From: Lama glama
Lineage: Eukaryota
DNA: 64,000 bases
Assembly (NCBI GenBank): GCA_028534125.1
Contig: CM052816.1
Coordinates: 50,532,001 to 50,596,000 of the forward strand
Direction of reading: 5' to 3'
Below, piece after piece: positions 35,791 to 49,400 of this stretch; positions within the stretch are counted from its first letter, which is position 1; each line of letters opens with the position of its first letter. Made by a program: the position numbers and the translations under genes. The notes beneath the pieces are model-generated. The model was not told the DNA's origin. It made no database searches and saw only the letters and a program-made list of their open reading frames with translations.

Positions 35791-38700
35791 AAAAGGACAG
35801 CATGGCACAAATCACATTAGTGCCTCTATGGTTCATTTATATTACACAGATACTTAAATTAAATGGGTATTCCAAGTTTCTACTTATCTCTGCATGAGTA
35901 GGTCTTTTGTTCAAGATAAAGTCCATGTAGGCAAAAGAGTTGACTGCTTACTTCTATTTCGAGGGCACTTGGAAATATCTCCCCACTTCACCTCTACCTG
36001 AAACTGAAATCACACCCTTTAAAAGCTAACATTCCTACTTTGCCTGTTTTTCATAGAGTCAGGCACAATACATTTTAAATCATCCCCTCCCTCAAGACCA
36101 TGAGTCTTCAGTGAAGTACCTGCATGCATTAGATGGGGGATCAGCTGCTGAAGCACCATCTGTAAATCCAGCTCTATCAAACACTGCAGAACACTGAGCA
36201 AAACAGAGATGTTCCCCAGGCGGGGCAAAAGCAATCAGGAATCTGAGAAGTGAGAGAGATGGAATAACATCAGACACAGGAACCGGAAAAGTGAGCCACA
36301 GCTGTGGGAGGGCTGTAGCACACTCAGACTGAGCAAAGCACTCCTGGATACAGCAGCCATCCATCAGACTGATGCCTGAGCTTCCACAGTTTTTCAGTCA
36401 TTCAGGGTGTAGTGGGGCTATTTCTCTATTTTAATAATGGAAGTTGAGGGGGATCAATCTACAGAATATGTTGATAGAATACATTTATTTGTTTGTTCTA
36501 CAAAATGTAATAATTACAGCCATTAAATGTTTATTGAAGTAGATTTTCAACATGAAAGTATGCACATAGTATATTAAGTGATAAAAATCATGTTACAAAA
36601 CACTATGGCATGTGATCCCTTAGTGTAAAAAATCCTGTAGGTGTGAATATATATGTGTGCACGCACACACACACGCACACACATGGATTAACAGGAAAAG
36701 AGCTATAAATATACATACTTGGATCATGCTAATAATGACTTTCTCTAGGAGATAGGAATAACAGTGATTTTCTTTCCTTCCATTTTTTAACTCTGCATTT
36801 TTATGGTAAACATACATGATAAAATAAATGGCAATAAATGTACATTTGAATTTCATGCTCTTTCTTCATGCTTATATTTTCAGGCCATCAAACTCTTCTT
36901 GCAACTTGCTTTATTGATTTTTCCCCCTCTTAGTTTCATTGCCATGAGGATATAAAAGGTCTTTGTCATTTTATCTCCAAATCTGTTGCCCTTTTTCCCA
37001 CTTTCTCCTCCAAGTGTTTTTTTCAAACTATATGTTTCTTGTGAATTTAAAGTATTTAAGGATGGGCGTTCCTTATTTGCTTCTCGAAATCCAGAATGTG
37101 AACAGTATTTACTAAACTTTCATCTATTATGTAAATTCTAAATTCTTTGAAGAAGCACAAATGGACTGAATTTACCTCATAATGCCCTGGCTTCAAGCAT
37201 TTTCAACCATCAAGAAAAGTAAATCATTTAAATTTAGAACTGACAAGAAACAGACTTGGTTATCTCCAACATATATGCATTAAGACAAGTCTGCCAAGGG
37301 TTTTGTGTAAAGACAAAAGATAATAAACTTAAAGTGTATATACTAGTCAATGAAGGTTTTACATAAACACAGTGAGTGTGATCCAAGTTCCAGAAATAAA
37401 TGCTTTGCATTGAATATAAAATTAATGCTAAGTAAATGAGGCTCTGTGTGTGTGTGTGATGAAACTCAATTCTTTTCTCTCTTAAATGAAATGCATCTAT
37501 CTGGGATTACATGACCTAAAGATGTCAAATCTATTAAAATTTCCTGATTCTCTGGTTTATGACAATGGCAAACACATCTCCATTCACATTACATACCTGA
37601 TACAACACTAGAGAATTTAGTATTTATTACACCATTAATTATGTATACTTTGAGTCTTTTGAGAAAAAAAATGAAGCATCTGACAAGTCTCAGTAAGACA
37701 CTGAGCGTGAATGATTTTATAGCAGTTATGTAGCTTTGGACTTTTAAAATGTCTTTGTGTAATTCTGTTAATTACTGAAACCAGGTTAATGAATGGCATG
37801 TTGAAGAAGTCTATTAAATAGAAGTTGTGGCTAATGACTGAAGTCTTCTTTCTCACCTAATGATTCACTCTACCTTCCTCACTAGGAGTTTTTAGCATAT
37901 CAGAGGGTATCTAAGTATTAACAATTAGATAAGGAATAGAAGTGCTCACAAGGCATAATTTATTCGTTTCAGGATTGCTGATTAACGTAATTTACTGAGT
38001 AACTTTGATCACTCTGTTTGAAAGATCACCTACTCACTAACCCCATTACTCATGTGCTGTGTCAAAGTAGGAATCATTGAAAGTTTTCAGAGACATAAAT
38101 TAAAAATCCTACCTGACACAATGCAGAAATTCTTCTCCACCCCTGCCACCAGAACTGTGGACCCATGAACTAATGTCCCTGCTTCCTCTACTATTGGCTG
38201 GTGTCACTGTCTGCTTTTCCAAATCCTCCACTTCCAATGAAATCTAAGGGCTGATTCAGACATAGTTCTTATTTGTGAACAACACATACTGACCCAGACC
38301 AAATTAAGTAGAAAATTAATTTCTTGGAAGGATACTAGTTATCTTTAAAATAACCTGAAAGGCCAACAAATCAGGGAAGGCAAGCAATCAAGAAAATAGG
38401 GAAACTGGGTAGTTAAAACCTCAGCCAAGTTAATGCCACAGCAGCACACTGAGCCTTGTCGTTAGCACTCCATCACTCATGCCTGAATGCGGTATCTCTG
38501 TGGATGAAACAAATTCTTCACTGTCTCTGTTTGTAAGCATCATGGACTACAGATTCAAAGTCCCAGGACTGAGTGTATTGGTCAACTGTTGCCACAGTTG
38601 AGCTGCATAACAAACCACTCCAAATTTCAGTTCTTTATAACATCCCAGGAGCAAGAGTTAATCTCCTTTCAAAAAAAAAAAAATCAGGGAAATCTTCTGC

Positions 38701-40794
38701 CAAACACCACTTTTATCTTAAGAATTTTATCAATCATGACTCTGATACCTCTATGGAAACAAAACCAGGAATCTAGGGCAAACCTAGTCTGATTTTACCT
38801 CTAGTCCCTTGATTTCTGTAACTTTCTTAAATGTAACTTCAGCCATAGCTACACGTGTTCGACAAAAAGTTTTGAGTTAAGGTGAGTAGCATGACTTGGT
38901 GAAGACAAGAATGTGGAGGCAGAAAGGTGAGCTGGTCCATGTGTAATTAGTTACTCCACATCCTTCAGGGGAGGCACAGTTGGGGTGATGCATAGCTAAT
39001 TTATAAGGTCCTCCAAAAAGAGGACCTTGACCCCTGTTGCTCTTCCTTTTCATAGGTCAGGTGTGAAAACAGCATTGGTTGGGAGGATATATGTTTTGGA
39101 CTCAGCTGCCAGGTAGAATAAGCCATTAGTTGTTTAGGGAAGTAATAGGAGGTACCAGCTCCTCAGCTCCTGGAGACTTTGGGAACCTAAGTTCCCATGG
39201 TAAGTTAAGTTCTGATGCATCTTCTCCACCATCAGGATTGAGTCCACCTAGCTTGTTGCTAGAGAGTTTCAGAATCATCCACTGGAAAATATTGCTAGAC
39301 TTAGAGACAGGCCATGTATTATATTGTTACTGGTATGGCAAAAGGGACTCACAGCCAGGTCAATTTCATAAGTAAGTACCAGTTACTATTGGTAACCATA
39401 CATTATACTGATTTCTCTAGATAGGAAACAGGCTCAAAACTTTCGTTACCATCACCTAGTTCATAAGGAGCATCTTAAACAGCTTCTACCTTTCTGCCAG
39501 TTCAGCGGACATGAGGTACTGAACACCAAGGCAATCAGGCATAGGGTGTGGCCTGGGCATCAAAATGCAGATGAATGCTTAGTACTGAATTTTTCCTTAG
39601 CAAAAACAAAACATGTTAGTCTGATTGAATTCAATAACAAAGAGACTTCTTTCTATGGAAGTTAGATCCTTGCCCTCAACTCTGACATTTTTGGGAAGAT
39701 TGTGAGTCTGAGTGATGGGTACTTGGCCCAAGTTTCCTGAGCTGCACCCTTTTGAAGTGCTAGCCTAACTTAGATTTCCTGCTTCTCTGGGAACAGCCCC
39801 ACATAGGGGTGATTCTTCCAGGTGTGGGTGACCCCTGGCTAGCATAGACAATCAGATTCTTTCCCCCAGGTATTTGAAATCTGATCTGGAGACATAGTGA
39901 GGCTTGGAGTAAGTGGAGTTAAGGAGCATTAATGGCAACATTCTGATGAGATACTCACGAAGACCCTCAAAACCTTTATAGAAAATTTCCTACTTCTTTT
40001 GTTAATTTTTTTTGTTTAAATTAGCTAAATTTTGTTTCTGTTGTTTGAAACTAAAATAGCTATTCCAAACAGTCCTTTTGAGGGGCGGATTGGGGTCAAG
40101 GACATGCAAGTTACCCAGAGACTCTCACAATTACACAATATTATTTTTACCCACAGAGAATCCAGAAAGAGCTCATTGTTAAGTGCCCCTTCTAATAATA
40201 TCCTTCAGAATAGGTGGCTGATTGAATGCTTCCCATCTTCTTTCTAGGACAGGGACAATGAGGTGTAGGCAAGCAACAGCTCAGTGAATCTTTCAAACAC
40301 TGGAAAACACAAGACATGACTGAAGTGGTATCTACTCTACTTATGATTCTAGTCATAATTATGCTTACTTCTCAAGCACTTTGTATATATTCAAGGCCTT
40401 TAATAAGGAGAAGAGTTCTTAGACACCTCAAGACCTCCAGATGTTTCTAAATAGTCATAGGTCATCCTTCTATAATGAGAAACAACAGGTGAGAGGGAAT
40501 CAGAGGATACTTAAAATTTCTGCCAGTTTACCTAGACAATCCATCCAAACCCTCAACCAACTTTTTGATACAAAAGTCTAGAAGAAGCAATTTTATTTTG
40601 CCACACCAAAGGTTCATTAAATAAGTGGCAATTAAGACTATACAAAGGTTTAATTATTTTGCTTGTATCCCTTATTCCTGGGTGTAATGCCTAATTGAAG
40701 TATATACCATAAGAAAAAAAGAGGAGAAAAAGATTGATGAAGTTTTTCAATGGCTGCTTAAACTGAAGAATTTTATAAAGAACCTTAATCACAG

Positions 40795-41030
40795 TTAACA
40801 TTTGAGCACACACAGTGCCAAGCACTGTGCTGGAGACTTCCAATGCACCATTTCCTAATCCTGGAAGCCACCCAATGAGATAAGTGCTGTTATTATTCCT
40901 TTTACAGATGAGAAAATGGAAGCTTACAGAGGTTTAGTAACTTATCCAAGGCCCCATAGAGAGTGAATGCAGGAGAGCCTGGGTTGGAATCCATGTCCGT
41001 TGAACACCAAACCTGTGTTCGCAAGTCTTA
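40795..41030 (-). mobile_element. MIR SINE
   Basis: ttaacatttgagcac...gtgccaagcactgtgct...ttattattccttttacagatgagaaaatggaagcttacagaggtttagtaacttatccaagg. Confidence 0.75.
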
Positions 41031-41374
41031 TTACAGCTTCCAGATCACCAGTTACAGTTATTTTCAAACTGTGATCCTCAAAGCCATAGATATCCTTTAA
41101 AGGTTCCTGGAAGTCATGGAAGGTTAACAGTCAGCACTTCAGGTCCCCATTTGGGTAGCAATTCTGCATTAGACTTCATCTGAAAAAAGGACTTCACTCT
41201 TTAAAAATGTATAAAAAAGTACTAATCTAATCAAGTGCCCTCATTTGACCTGAGGGCCTAGAGTATTTCAGAGATGTAGTTAATCATTGGTCAATCTGAA
41301 ACAAGAATATAAGCATCCTCATCCTTTTCTTGCTTTCTTTTCCACAGAGTTATTCCAGGTAACACTAACTCCGT

Positions 41375-41900
41375 TTGCTAGGATGATTTCAGTTTCGGGT
41401 AAGAGAAAACATTACTCTTAATCTTTTCATCAGTAAAAGGGGATATATTGACTCAAGTAACTTAATAGTCCTAAGTAATCCAATTGATTGGTTTGTGGCT
41501 TGATCCAGCAGTGTGATCTAGAACTGTGAATAGGATTCTGGTTGTTTATACAAGTTTTCTCAGCTCTAGCCTCCATATTTTTGCTTTTGCCTCACCCTTA
41601 TTTCTTTCAGAATAGCATTAATGGCTACTGCAGTTATGGAATCTGTCCCCTCACTATGCAGTCCACTGGGAAAAAAGAGCCTCTTCCTTAGCTCCTTATG
41701 ACAAGCAGGTCAACTCCTCTCTCGTAATTCTCCAGCAAAAATCTCTTCACGTTTCATTGGCCTGAGTGAAGTCCTAAACCAGTGACCATGACCAGGGGCA
41801 ATCAGATGCTCTGATTGGCCTAACCTACCCAAATCACAGGGCCAGTTCCAGTGGAGGAAATTAAGTATCCACCTGCTAGAAGACAAGAGGCATCAATGAC
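41375..41900. mobile_element. Old MaLR LTR (MLT1J/K/L-like)
   Basis: taggatgatttcagttt...aaaggggatatattgactcaagtaact...tctcttcacgtttcattggcc...ctctgattggcct. Diverged. Confidence 0.45.
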
Positions 41901-42153
41901 AGAGACAACTGATTTCTCTCCACATACTCAAGTATATGCTCTGAGAGGCTGAAGCTGTAGCTAATAAGCGAGAAGAATAGGAGTAGCACTTTCTAGGAAT
42001 GACAGCAGTAGGCAGGCTGGATCACCAGTAATCCATCCAGCCTACTGAGGAGACTCCCACTGGTAGTGAGTAAACCACTCAGGCTGAGCCAGGCAGGAAG
42101 GTGGATGGCTGTACCTCAGTCTGGCAGATGAAGAGCACTGGGTCTCCTTAGAA

Positions 42154-42514
42154 TAGGGATTGACATACTATGGCCCACGGGCCAAAAACGGCCCCCAGCC
42201 TATTTCTATATGACCCACAATTTAAGAATGTTTTTTTTTAATGACTAAACCATTTAAGAATACTATTTCATGACAAAACTATATCAAATTCAAATACAGC
42301 CATCCGTGGTATCCATGGAGGGACTGGTTTCAGGACAGCCCCCTCCAAGATACCGAAATCCAGGGATACTCAAGTTCCTTATATGACATGCAGAGTATCC
42401 ATGTGCCTCAATAAAGTTTGATCAAAATGCAGCCACTCATTTACCTATGCATTGTCCAGGGTTGCTTTTGAAACATTTACTGTCTGGCACTTTATAGAAA
42501 AAGTTTGCCAACCC
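42154..42514. mobile_element. MER58-like hAT-Charlie element with a nested MER2-like Tigger fragment (~42296-42400)
   Basis: Left end actatggcccacgggccaaa, right end tttatagaaaaagtttgccaaccc, internal ggtatccatggagggactggtttcaggac...gataccgaaatcc...gatactcaagttccttata. Confidence 0.7.
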
Positions 42515-42524
42515 AGATATAGAA

Positions 42525-42709
42525 CATTGGTGCTTAAAGTGTGAGTCCTGACTAGCAGCATCATTACCATCTGGAAACTTGTTAGAAATGCTAAGTCTTG
42601 GGCTCACTCAGATTTTTGAATCAGAAATGCTGGGAATGGAGCCCAGCAATCTGTTTTTTAACAAGTTTTCTAGGTGACTCTGATACAAGCTAAAGTTTGA
42701 GAACCACTG
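42525..42709. mobile_element. MER5A hAT-Charlie MITE
   Basis: aaagtgtgagtcc...agcagcatca...ggaaacttgttagaaatgc...gaatcagaaa...cccagcaatctgtttttaacaag...aaagtttgagaaccactg, flanked by atatagaa/ttctagaa. Confidence 0.85.
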
Positions 42710-42824
42710 TTCTAGAAAGATGTTAAGATCAAAAAGATCTAAAGTTGGAACCCCAACGAGAAAGGCACTGTGGTGTGTTTTATGATACAAGGCACTGAAC
42801 TTAGTAATAAAAACACCAATACTA

Positions 42825-43030
42825 ATAATTGTAATGTTTTTGGCAAACGAGTATATCAGCCATTATGGTTTACATTCTGATCTTATTAAAACCTCACAAA
42901 AAGTCTGGAGTAGTTACTATTATTATCCCCATTTTGAGTCTAAATATATGAAGGCTTCAGGAGATTAAATCACTAGTCACAGTCTAACAGGTGGTTTGAG
43001 GCTGAGACTGAGAGGGTTTGACACCAGGGT
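42825..43030 (-). mobile_element. MIR SINE fragment
   Basis: actattattatccccattttg...gaaggcttcaggagattaaatcact, MIR core antisense. Confidence 0.55.
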
Positions 43031-43354
43031 CAGACCTCTTCATGTCATATATCTCTGCATTCTGTAAGCTAGATAAATGGGAATGTCACTGAAAAAAAGT
43101 GACACAAGAATACCCTTAGTTTTCAAGTCAGTGGTAGACATTCATATAAAGTAAGAGGCACTTCTAACTCCATTTTCTTTCCAGGGAGACTAGTTTCAAC
43201 TATACTAGACACATAGCCTTTTCTTGAGTAAATCTAGAGGAAACCACCACCATTTTGTGACTGCCTATTACAATCTATTTTTCTGTCTTTTTACCTTTCA
43301 CATAAGTTTTAAAAGTAAAATTTCCCCTCTTTTTCATTTTCAGATGCTTGAGAG

Positions 43355-43833
43355 TGTTATGGAATCCAAGCTTGTACTGCTCACCACATAACAGGACAAT
43401 AAATTGAGAGATGAAATTTTGGGGCAAGGAATAACAACTTTATTCAGAAAGCCAGTTGACCAAGAAGATGGTGGATTAGTGCCCCAAAGTACCATCTTGC
43501 CTGAGTCAGAAGTCAGGCTCCTTTTATACTACAAGGGGAGGGAGGAAAGTCAAACACTTCCTGGTTCCGGTCAGCCTCAGGAGGGGGGCGTGTCAATTTC
43601 TTCCTTCCTGCAATTACTCACAGGTGGGCCTGGTCACGATGTTCCCTGTGAGCTAAACAAAGGTATTTTTAGCTTAAGGCTCATTACCTAGGAGGCAGGG
43701 TTCCCAGAGATAAGCCATTATATATAATTTATGCTTATAGGCAGCATCCCTTTAGTGATGAACTTGTAGCAAAAGTAACAGAATACAAAGAAATAGATCC
43801 AATAAGGAGTCAGATTTGTTGTTTCCTATTACA
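43355..43833 (-). repeat. ERV 3' LTR (479 bp)
   Basis: TGTTAT...ATTACA, a direct repeat of 45921-46431; preceded on the - strand by a polypurine tract. Confidence 0.92.
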
Positions 43834-44269
43834 ATTCCCCACTGTCAATGTCGACTCCACAATCTTGAGGGGAAAAGGGGTGACAACCGATCAGGCTACT
43901 TCCTGCTGAAAGGAGGCAATTAGAGGGTGATGGTGGAATGGCATCATCGGCTTCAGATGGGGAATATTCCTTAGAATCTTTAGCAAGTAGTATAATCCTC
44001 TTTCCTTCTTTACTACAACTATTTGAACCTGATGAAACCTCTTAGCACTTTGTTGAACTTGGGGTTTTGGTTCCAGTTTTCAGTACTTATCTATTAACTT
44101 TACCTTTCCGACTATGCCATAATTATACTAGATTCCTGTGCTATTTATTTGGCAGAGGCCTTAGGATCTGCAGTTCTGTAACGTTTGAGGCTTAGTAAAC
44201 CCTTTCCAAAAACTCGGAGAGGTCTTCATTTTTTCTTCTTTTATTTTTCTTTTTGCTGGATTTCTTGAA

Positions 44270-44400
44270 TTTTTGTTCAAACTCTCTGCTTTGGTTCCCC
44301 TTTTCAAAGCTGTGCCAAGACGCACTAATAAGTAGTGCCCTAATAAGGGCGCTCCTCCTTCAGTGGGAGGGTCCCAGTTTGGTTCAGGTTTGAGTAATGT
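44270..44400 (-). pseudogene. ERV gag capsid (p30) remnant
   Basis: Translation PEPNWDPPTEGGAPLLGHY...ALKRGTKAESLNK resembles the gammaretroviral capsid segment PxWDxxTxxG..L.HY....L..G..K..NLxK. Confidence 0.65.
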
Positions 44401-45920
44401 GAAGTAGGCTTCAGGTGTCAAGAATCCTCCCTGTGAGGAGGGTTGTAATCTTTCCAATTAAACAAGCCTGAGGAACCCAGCCGGCTGGTCATAGTCCTCT
44501 ATGAGTTAACAGTGAAAGGGAGATTGCCCTGCTCTGAGAATGGTTTCCGCCCCAAACTGGTGCCCTGTTAGGTCGTAGATGTCAATAACCAGACCAAGCC
44601 TTGCGCCCCAGAAACTAACACAGGATTTTCTAATTGATCCCAGTAAGGGGGAAGTCTTGAGCCCCAGTGTCAGGAATTAGGACTGGATAGAAGTGGAAGG
44701 TGGTGGAAGGGGTGAATATATTGGTATAATGGCTTGGACATCCAGCTCAGCCAGAAAAGTTAAGGTTTGAAGCAACACATCCTCACTCTAGTTCCCTTCG
44801 TTTTCTAATCTTCCCTGATGTAATAGCACAAGTGCTTGCATGTAAAGGATCTTCTCTTCCTCAAAGAATAGCTATAAAGCCATTCCAAAGCCACTATAAA
44901 CCCATAAATAGCAATTGATCATCTCTCATCATTAAAAGGGTGCCTTTTTGCTATGGCATCAACCCACTGGGCTAATTACTGGGCTGGGTCTTTTTTGTGA
45001 TTTTAGAAACCAAGTGGAACCTTTCTCTTCTCCCTGGGCAAGTCCTTCTCTCACACAAGAAGAAACAGTTTTTTGGGTTTTTTTTTTTTTCCTGTTTCTT
45101 TCCCCCATTTGACATCAGTAAAAGATCTAAGTGTCACAAAACTGATTTGACTTTAAATGGAGAAATAGTACCAAAACAAAATGAAATGGAAACCCAAAGG
45201 ACAAACAGAAATCCCGAAATAAACCCTTAAGTTTGGTCTTGGGGTTTTATATATACCAACAACACAAGGGACCACAAACAACCTAATTAACACATCAAGA
45301 ATGGCATTACATGGTACACAGAGTTCTAACCCTGCCTAAACCCCTTGTCGAGATCGTAACAGGTACTGTGGCCACACGTTGTTACAAGAAAATATCATCC
45401 TCCTTTCAGTCATAAGGTCATAGCTATAATCAGATCACTTATCCAACATGTGTCTCAGAGGACTTTCTTTAGGGATAGTTGAAACATTCCCCATTTTTTA
45501 AAGACAGAAATATAGAGCACAAACAATGCACACAAATGCTAGCATCCAAAGAAAAACAAACCAGTTCTCAAATCAGGTAAAAGTTCAGCAACTAGTTCCT
45601 CTCTCCAGCAGGGTCCCTTACTCAAATACAAAACAAATGGACATATTCTGGAAGAAAAAAGCCCCAGATGAGAGGAAACAAAGTTTCCGGCTGTACCCAC
45701 TAGAGTGACTTACCCTACTGTATGGAGCCCGTCGACTCCTAGATCTCAATTCTTTGCTCCAATGGTCAAGCACTGGGGCAGCCGGTGCCGCTTTGGGAAA
45801 CCTTGAACGGAAAACCTCAGGACAAGTGGTCCCAGCAGCTGCAAAGGCCTTACCGAAAAATTCCCCAACCAGGCCTCACTGGCCAGGAGCAGCAAGGCAG
45901 TTGGCTGGCTTTCCAAAATT

Positions 45921-46431
45921 TGTTACCCAGTCCAAGCTCGTACTGCTCACCACATAACAGGACAATAAATCTAGAGATGACTTGTTGGGGCAAGGAATAG
46001 CGGCTTTATTCAGAAAGCTAGCTGACCAAGCAGATGATGGACCAGTTCCCTTCCACCCCCTTCCACCCCAAGAACCATCTTGCCTGAGTCAGAAGTCAGG
46101 CTCCTTTTATACTAAAAGGGGAGGGAGGAAAGTCAAACACTTCCTGGTTCAGGTCAGCCTCAGGAGGGGGGGCGTGTCAATTTCTTCCTTCTTGCAATTA
46201 ATCACAGGTGGGCCTGGTCAGGACATTCCCTTGTGAGCTAAACAAAGGTATTTTTAGCTTAAGGCTCATTACCTAGGAGGCAGGGTTCCCAGAGATAAGC
46301 CATTATGTATAATTTAAGCTTATAGGCAGCATCGCTTTAGTGATGAACTTGTAGCAAAAGCAATAGAATACAAAGGTTAAAGCAAAAGAAATAGATCCGA
46401 TAGGGAATCAGATTTGTTCTTTCCTATTACA
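45921..46431 (-). repeat. ERV 5' LTR (511 bp)
   Basis: TGTTAC...ATTACA; followed on the - strand by the PBS-like sequence. Confidence 0.92.
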
Positions 46432-49400
46432 GGAGTCTTTGACTTTTGCTTTACCATTATAGACAGTAATTACTCATGATTTTGTTGTTTTCCATGTAAT
46501 TGTGAGGATAGTTTATTTTGGTCTACTTTTACATGACATTGCAAGTTTTCTTTTTTTCTTTTTCTGGTTCATAAGGCTAAGCAAAAAGGGAAGAATATAT
46601 GGGATGTGGGAGGTGGGGGACAGATGAGGACTAAACTAACACCAGGAGAAGTAGAAGTAGAAAAACAAAACAAAACAAAAAAGATTCTCGGTACTGCAGG
46701 ATGTCATGTGTCAGCAAAAGACACCTAATACCAGGGATTTGACCTTTTTATATTAGAAAAACAAAACCATGTTGAGATGTGAGAGACACTTGAAAGGTAC
46801 AACTTGAATTGTGAACAACGTTTTCCATATGGTGCACATGTCATCTGTAATATTACAGGTTTCCAGTTCACTCCTCAATGAAATTCATATTTCTGGTTTA
46901 AAGTTCCACTCTTTATGATTAGAAATTATAGTTCTGCACATCTTAACAAATGCTTTGAAAAAATATGGAAATGTTCAAAAATTAATTTTTATTATATTTT
47001 ATAGAGAGTTCTACTAAGATCCAGCAATGATTTCTGAAGAATGAAAATGGTCGGGTTAATCTGTACAACTCTAATCAAGCAATTGATCTACAAGACCAAG
47101 GGCAAATTAGAGAACATTTTGCTTTGTATGGCAAAGTTTCTGATTCTGTTCATTAAATATACTGAACCAACTATATGTGGAGAATGTCACACAGTAGTGG
47201 CTGACTTTATGCAGGTAATCATCAATTGATGGATTGGTCTAGAACATTAGAAAAAAATACAGCCTCATTATATAGCAAGTTCTTGCAAAGATGGAGAATG
47301 AACTAGATTAATAATTTTTACATTTCCTTGGGTCATCAATCTTTTAGGAAAGCTGACAAAACCTAAGGATCCTCTTCCTAAAAGTATGCACATACCTATG
47401 AACAATTATGCTTCTATATTCAGGAGGCTATGAACTCGGGTTAACAAATTAAACACTATATAGGGTTTGGGGGGTCTCTTCTGACTAAAAACTTCTTAGA
47501 TGATGTGATTTCATTTTTTCAGTCATCTGAGCTAACATCAGTCAGGATCAGCTGACAGTTCATCTTACAGCTCACAGAACTCTGGGGAATGGGGATATGG
47601 ATGACCTCGGTGGAAAGCCACTGAAATCCACTTCCCTATGGACATAATGCTGGTAATTTTCAGGACATTTTGCACTTCCAATTAATCTCATCTTTTAGTT
47701 TCTTATACAAGAGGTGGTTGATTGATTAGAAGTAATTAATTAACTGAGCTTGGTTTTCCTGTGCTCCTGTAACACTGGATTTCTGACTGTAGCTTCAGAA
47801 GATTCATGTTATGAGTTTTATCAGTTGTATCTTCAGTCCACAGAGATTTATAGCCCTGTAAAGTTATCAGACTTAAATCCCTTCTGCACTGTGCCATAGG
47901 GAAAACTTGGTTCATCACGTATACTTCACCTTAGTAGAGAGGAAAAAACAAACAAACAAAAAAAGTGACAATGATATTCAAGGAGATTTGGTTTATTTGG
48001 AGATGAACAGCATCCTGGCACTTGGTGCTAATTATCTGATACTTGAACTACTTTGGTTTCTGAAGGAGTGGTTTGTTTTGTTTTGTTTTGTTCTTGTTGC
48101 TGCTTAGTCTTTGTTTTCTATATGAGGAGCTTTCCTTCAGAAATATTCTGAAAGGAAAAAAAAAGGTATTGGAAAAGTGTAGAGCACGTTGGGGAAATAA
48201 ATGGTGTAATTATGTATGACACTGAAGTAAATGAAGGCTTTCCTCTTTCCAGTCTTGCTTCCTTCTAATGACTCTGATAAGTGAAGTGTTAGGTTTTATT
48301 AAATAGAGCAGAACTGAACTCACTGGAGATGAAAGGAGCTATTGAGATTCATACCTGCTGGAATAGAAGGAGTCTCCTTCCTTTTGTAGCTGGTGGATAG
48401 GCCCATAATGAGCACATTTTATAGCTGGGGAGAAAGAAAAAGATGAAAGAAAAATCTTTTGAAGACTAAGGGAAAAAAAGGGGAAATCCCACTAATATCG
48501 TGAAACCCTTAAGTTGGTTTTCTAAGAGACAGAAAAAATACTATTTAAAGGTCACGTCGGCCGTTTGAATTAGTTTGGCTTTAAGAAGATAAATATTGTG
48601 TATAGGAATATAAGAATGTCTGCGAGAAACCACTTTCATACAGTGAACAAAGGAATCATCCCTAATATGTGGTTAACTGATGTTCCCTGTTCACCACAAA
48701 TGCTGGCTTTCAAATCCTTCAAGTGAAGGGGCTCTTTATTAATTGGCTCAAGCATCCCCTAGGACTTCTAAGAGATTAAGGCCACAGGATGCTTCAAGGT
48801 TCTTCCTTTCTTGAAAAAAAAAAATGAATACAGTGTTAAAACATGGCGACTGCAAGAATATTGTCATCTATTTTAAATTACAGAATTAACCTATTGTTAG
48901 TATTCAAAAACTTCTCTGCAACATGCCAGATCAGCTCACTGTTGATTCAATAACGATTTTATTTTCCTCTTGTACCTTCAAAAAAAAAAGCCAATTAAAT
49001 TTGGCTTTTAAACCCAAATAGAGTCTGTGACTTTAAATGCAAATCACCAAATTGTTCCTGAGGCCAGTGAAAAGAAGGCTTGCATCCATCATGCTGTTAT
49101 TGAAAATGAATTTTAACCCCTTAGGCTGACAACAAACACAAAGCCAGATTGCCAAAAACAGAAGCTAGGGGCTCTGTTAGAATAAGACCTACCATTTCCA
49201 ATAAAAACAGAGTGCTGCAATCATGCCACAGTGAATGGGACTTGGTGTTGAAATTACAGATCTGATCTAGATAAGACTGAGGGTGAAAAACTAGGGAAGC
49301 TATGAATGACTGTTCGTTGGGTAGCAGTAATTCAAGGAGCCTCTGACACACTGCTGAGGCAGCCAGTGTTTCATAAACCCTACCTCCCACACACACTCCA

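Larger units (their letters stand above)
43355..46431 (-). mobile_element. Internally deleted ERV1 (gamma-like) provirus: two LTRs, PBS, gag remnant, env tail, PPT; no pol recognised
   Basis: Direct repeats 43355-43833 and 45921-46431, both TG...CA. Minus-strand TATAAAA and AATAAA in each LTR. PPT AGTGGGGAAT next to 43833, PBS-like TGGAAAGCCAGCCA next to 45921, 4-bp TSD AGAG/GGAG. Confidence 0.92.

Noticed and set aside
36019..36364. Overlapping minus-strand ORFs in a moderately GC-rich patch
   Set aside because: No recognisable homology or consistent splice signals, so I cannot support a gene or pseudogene call.
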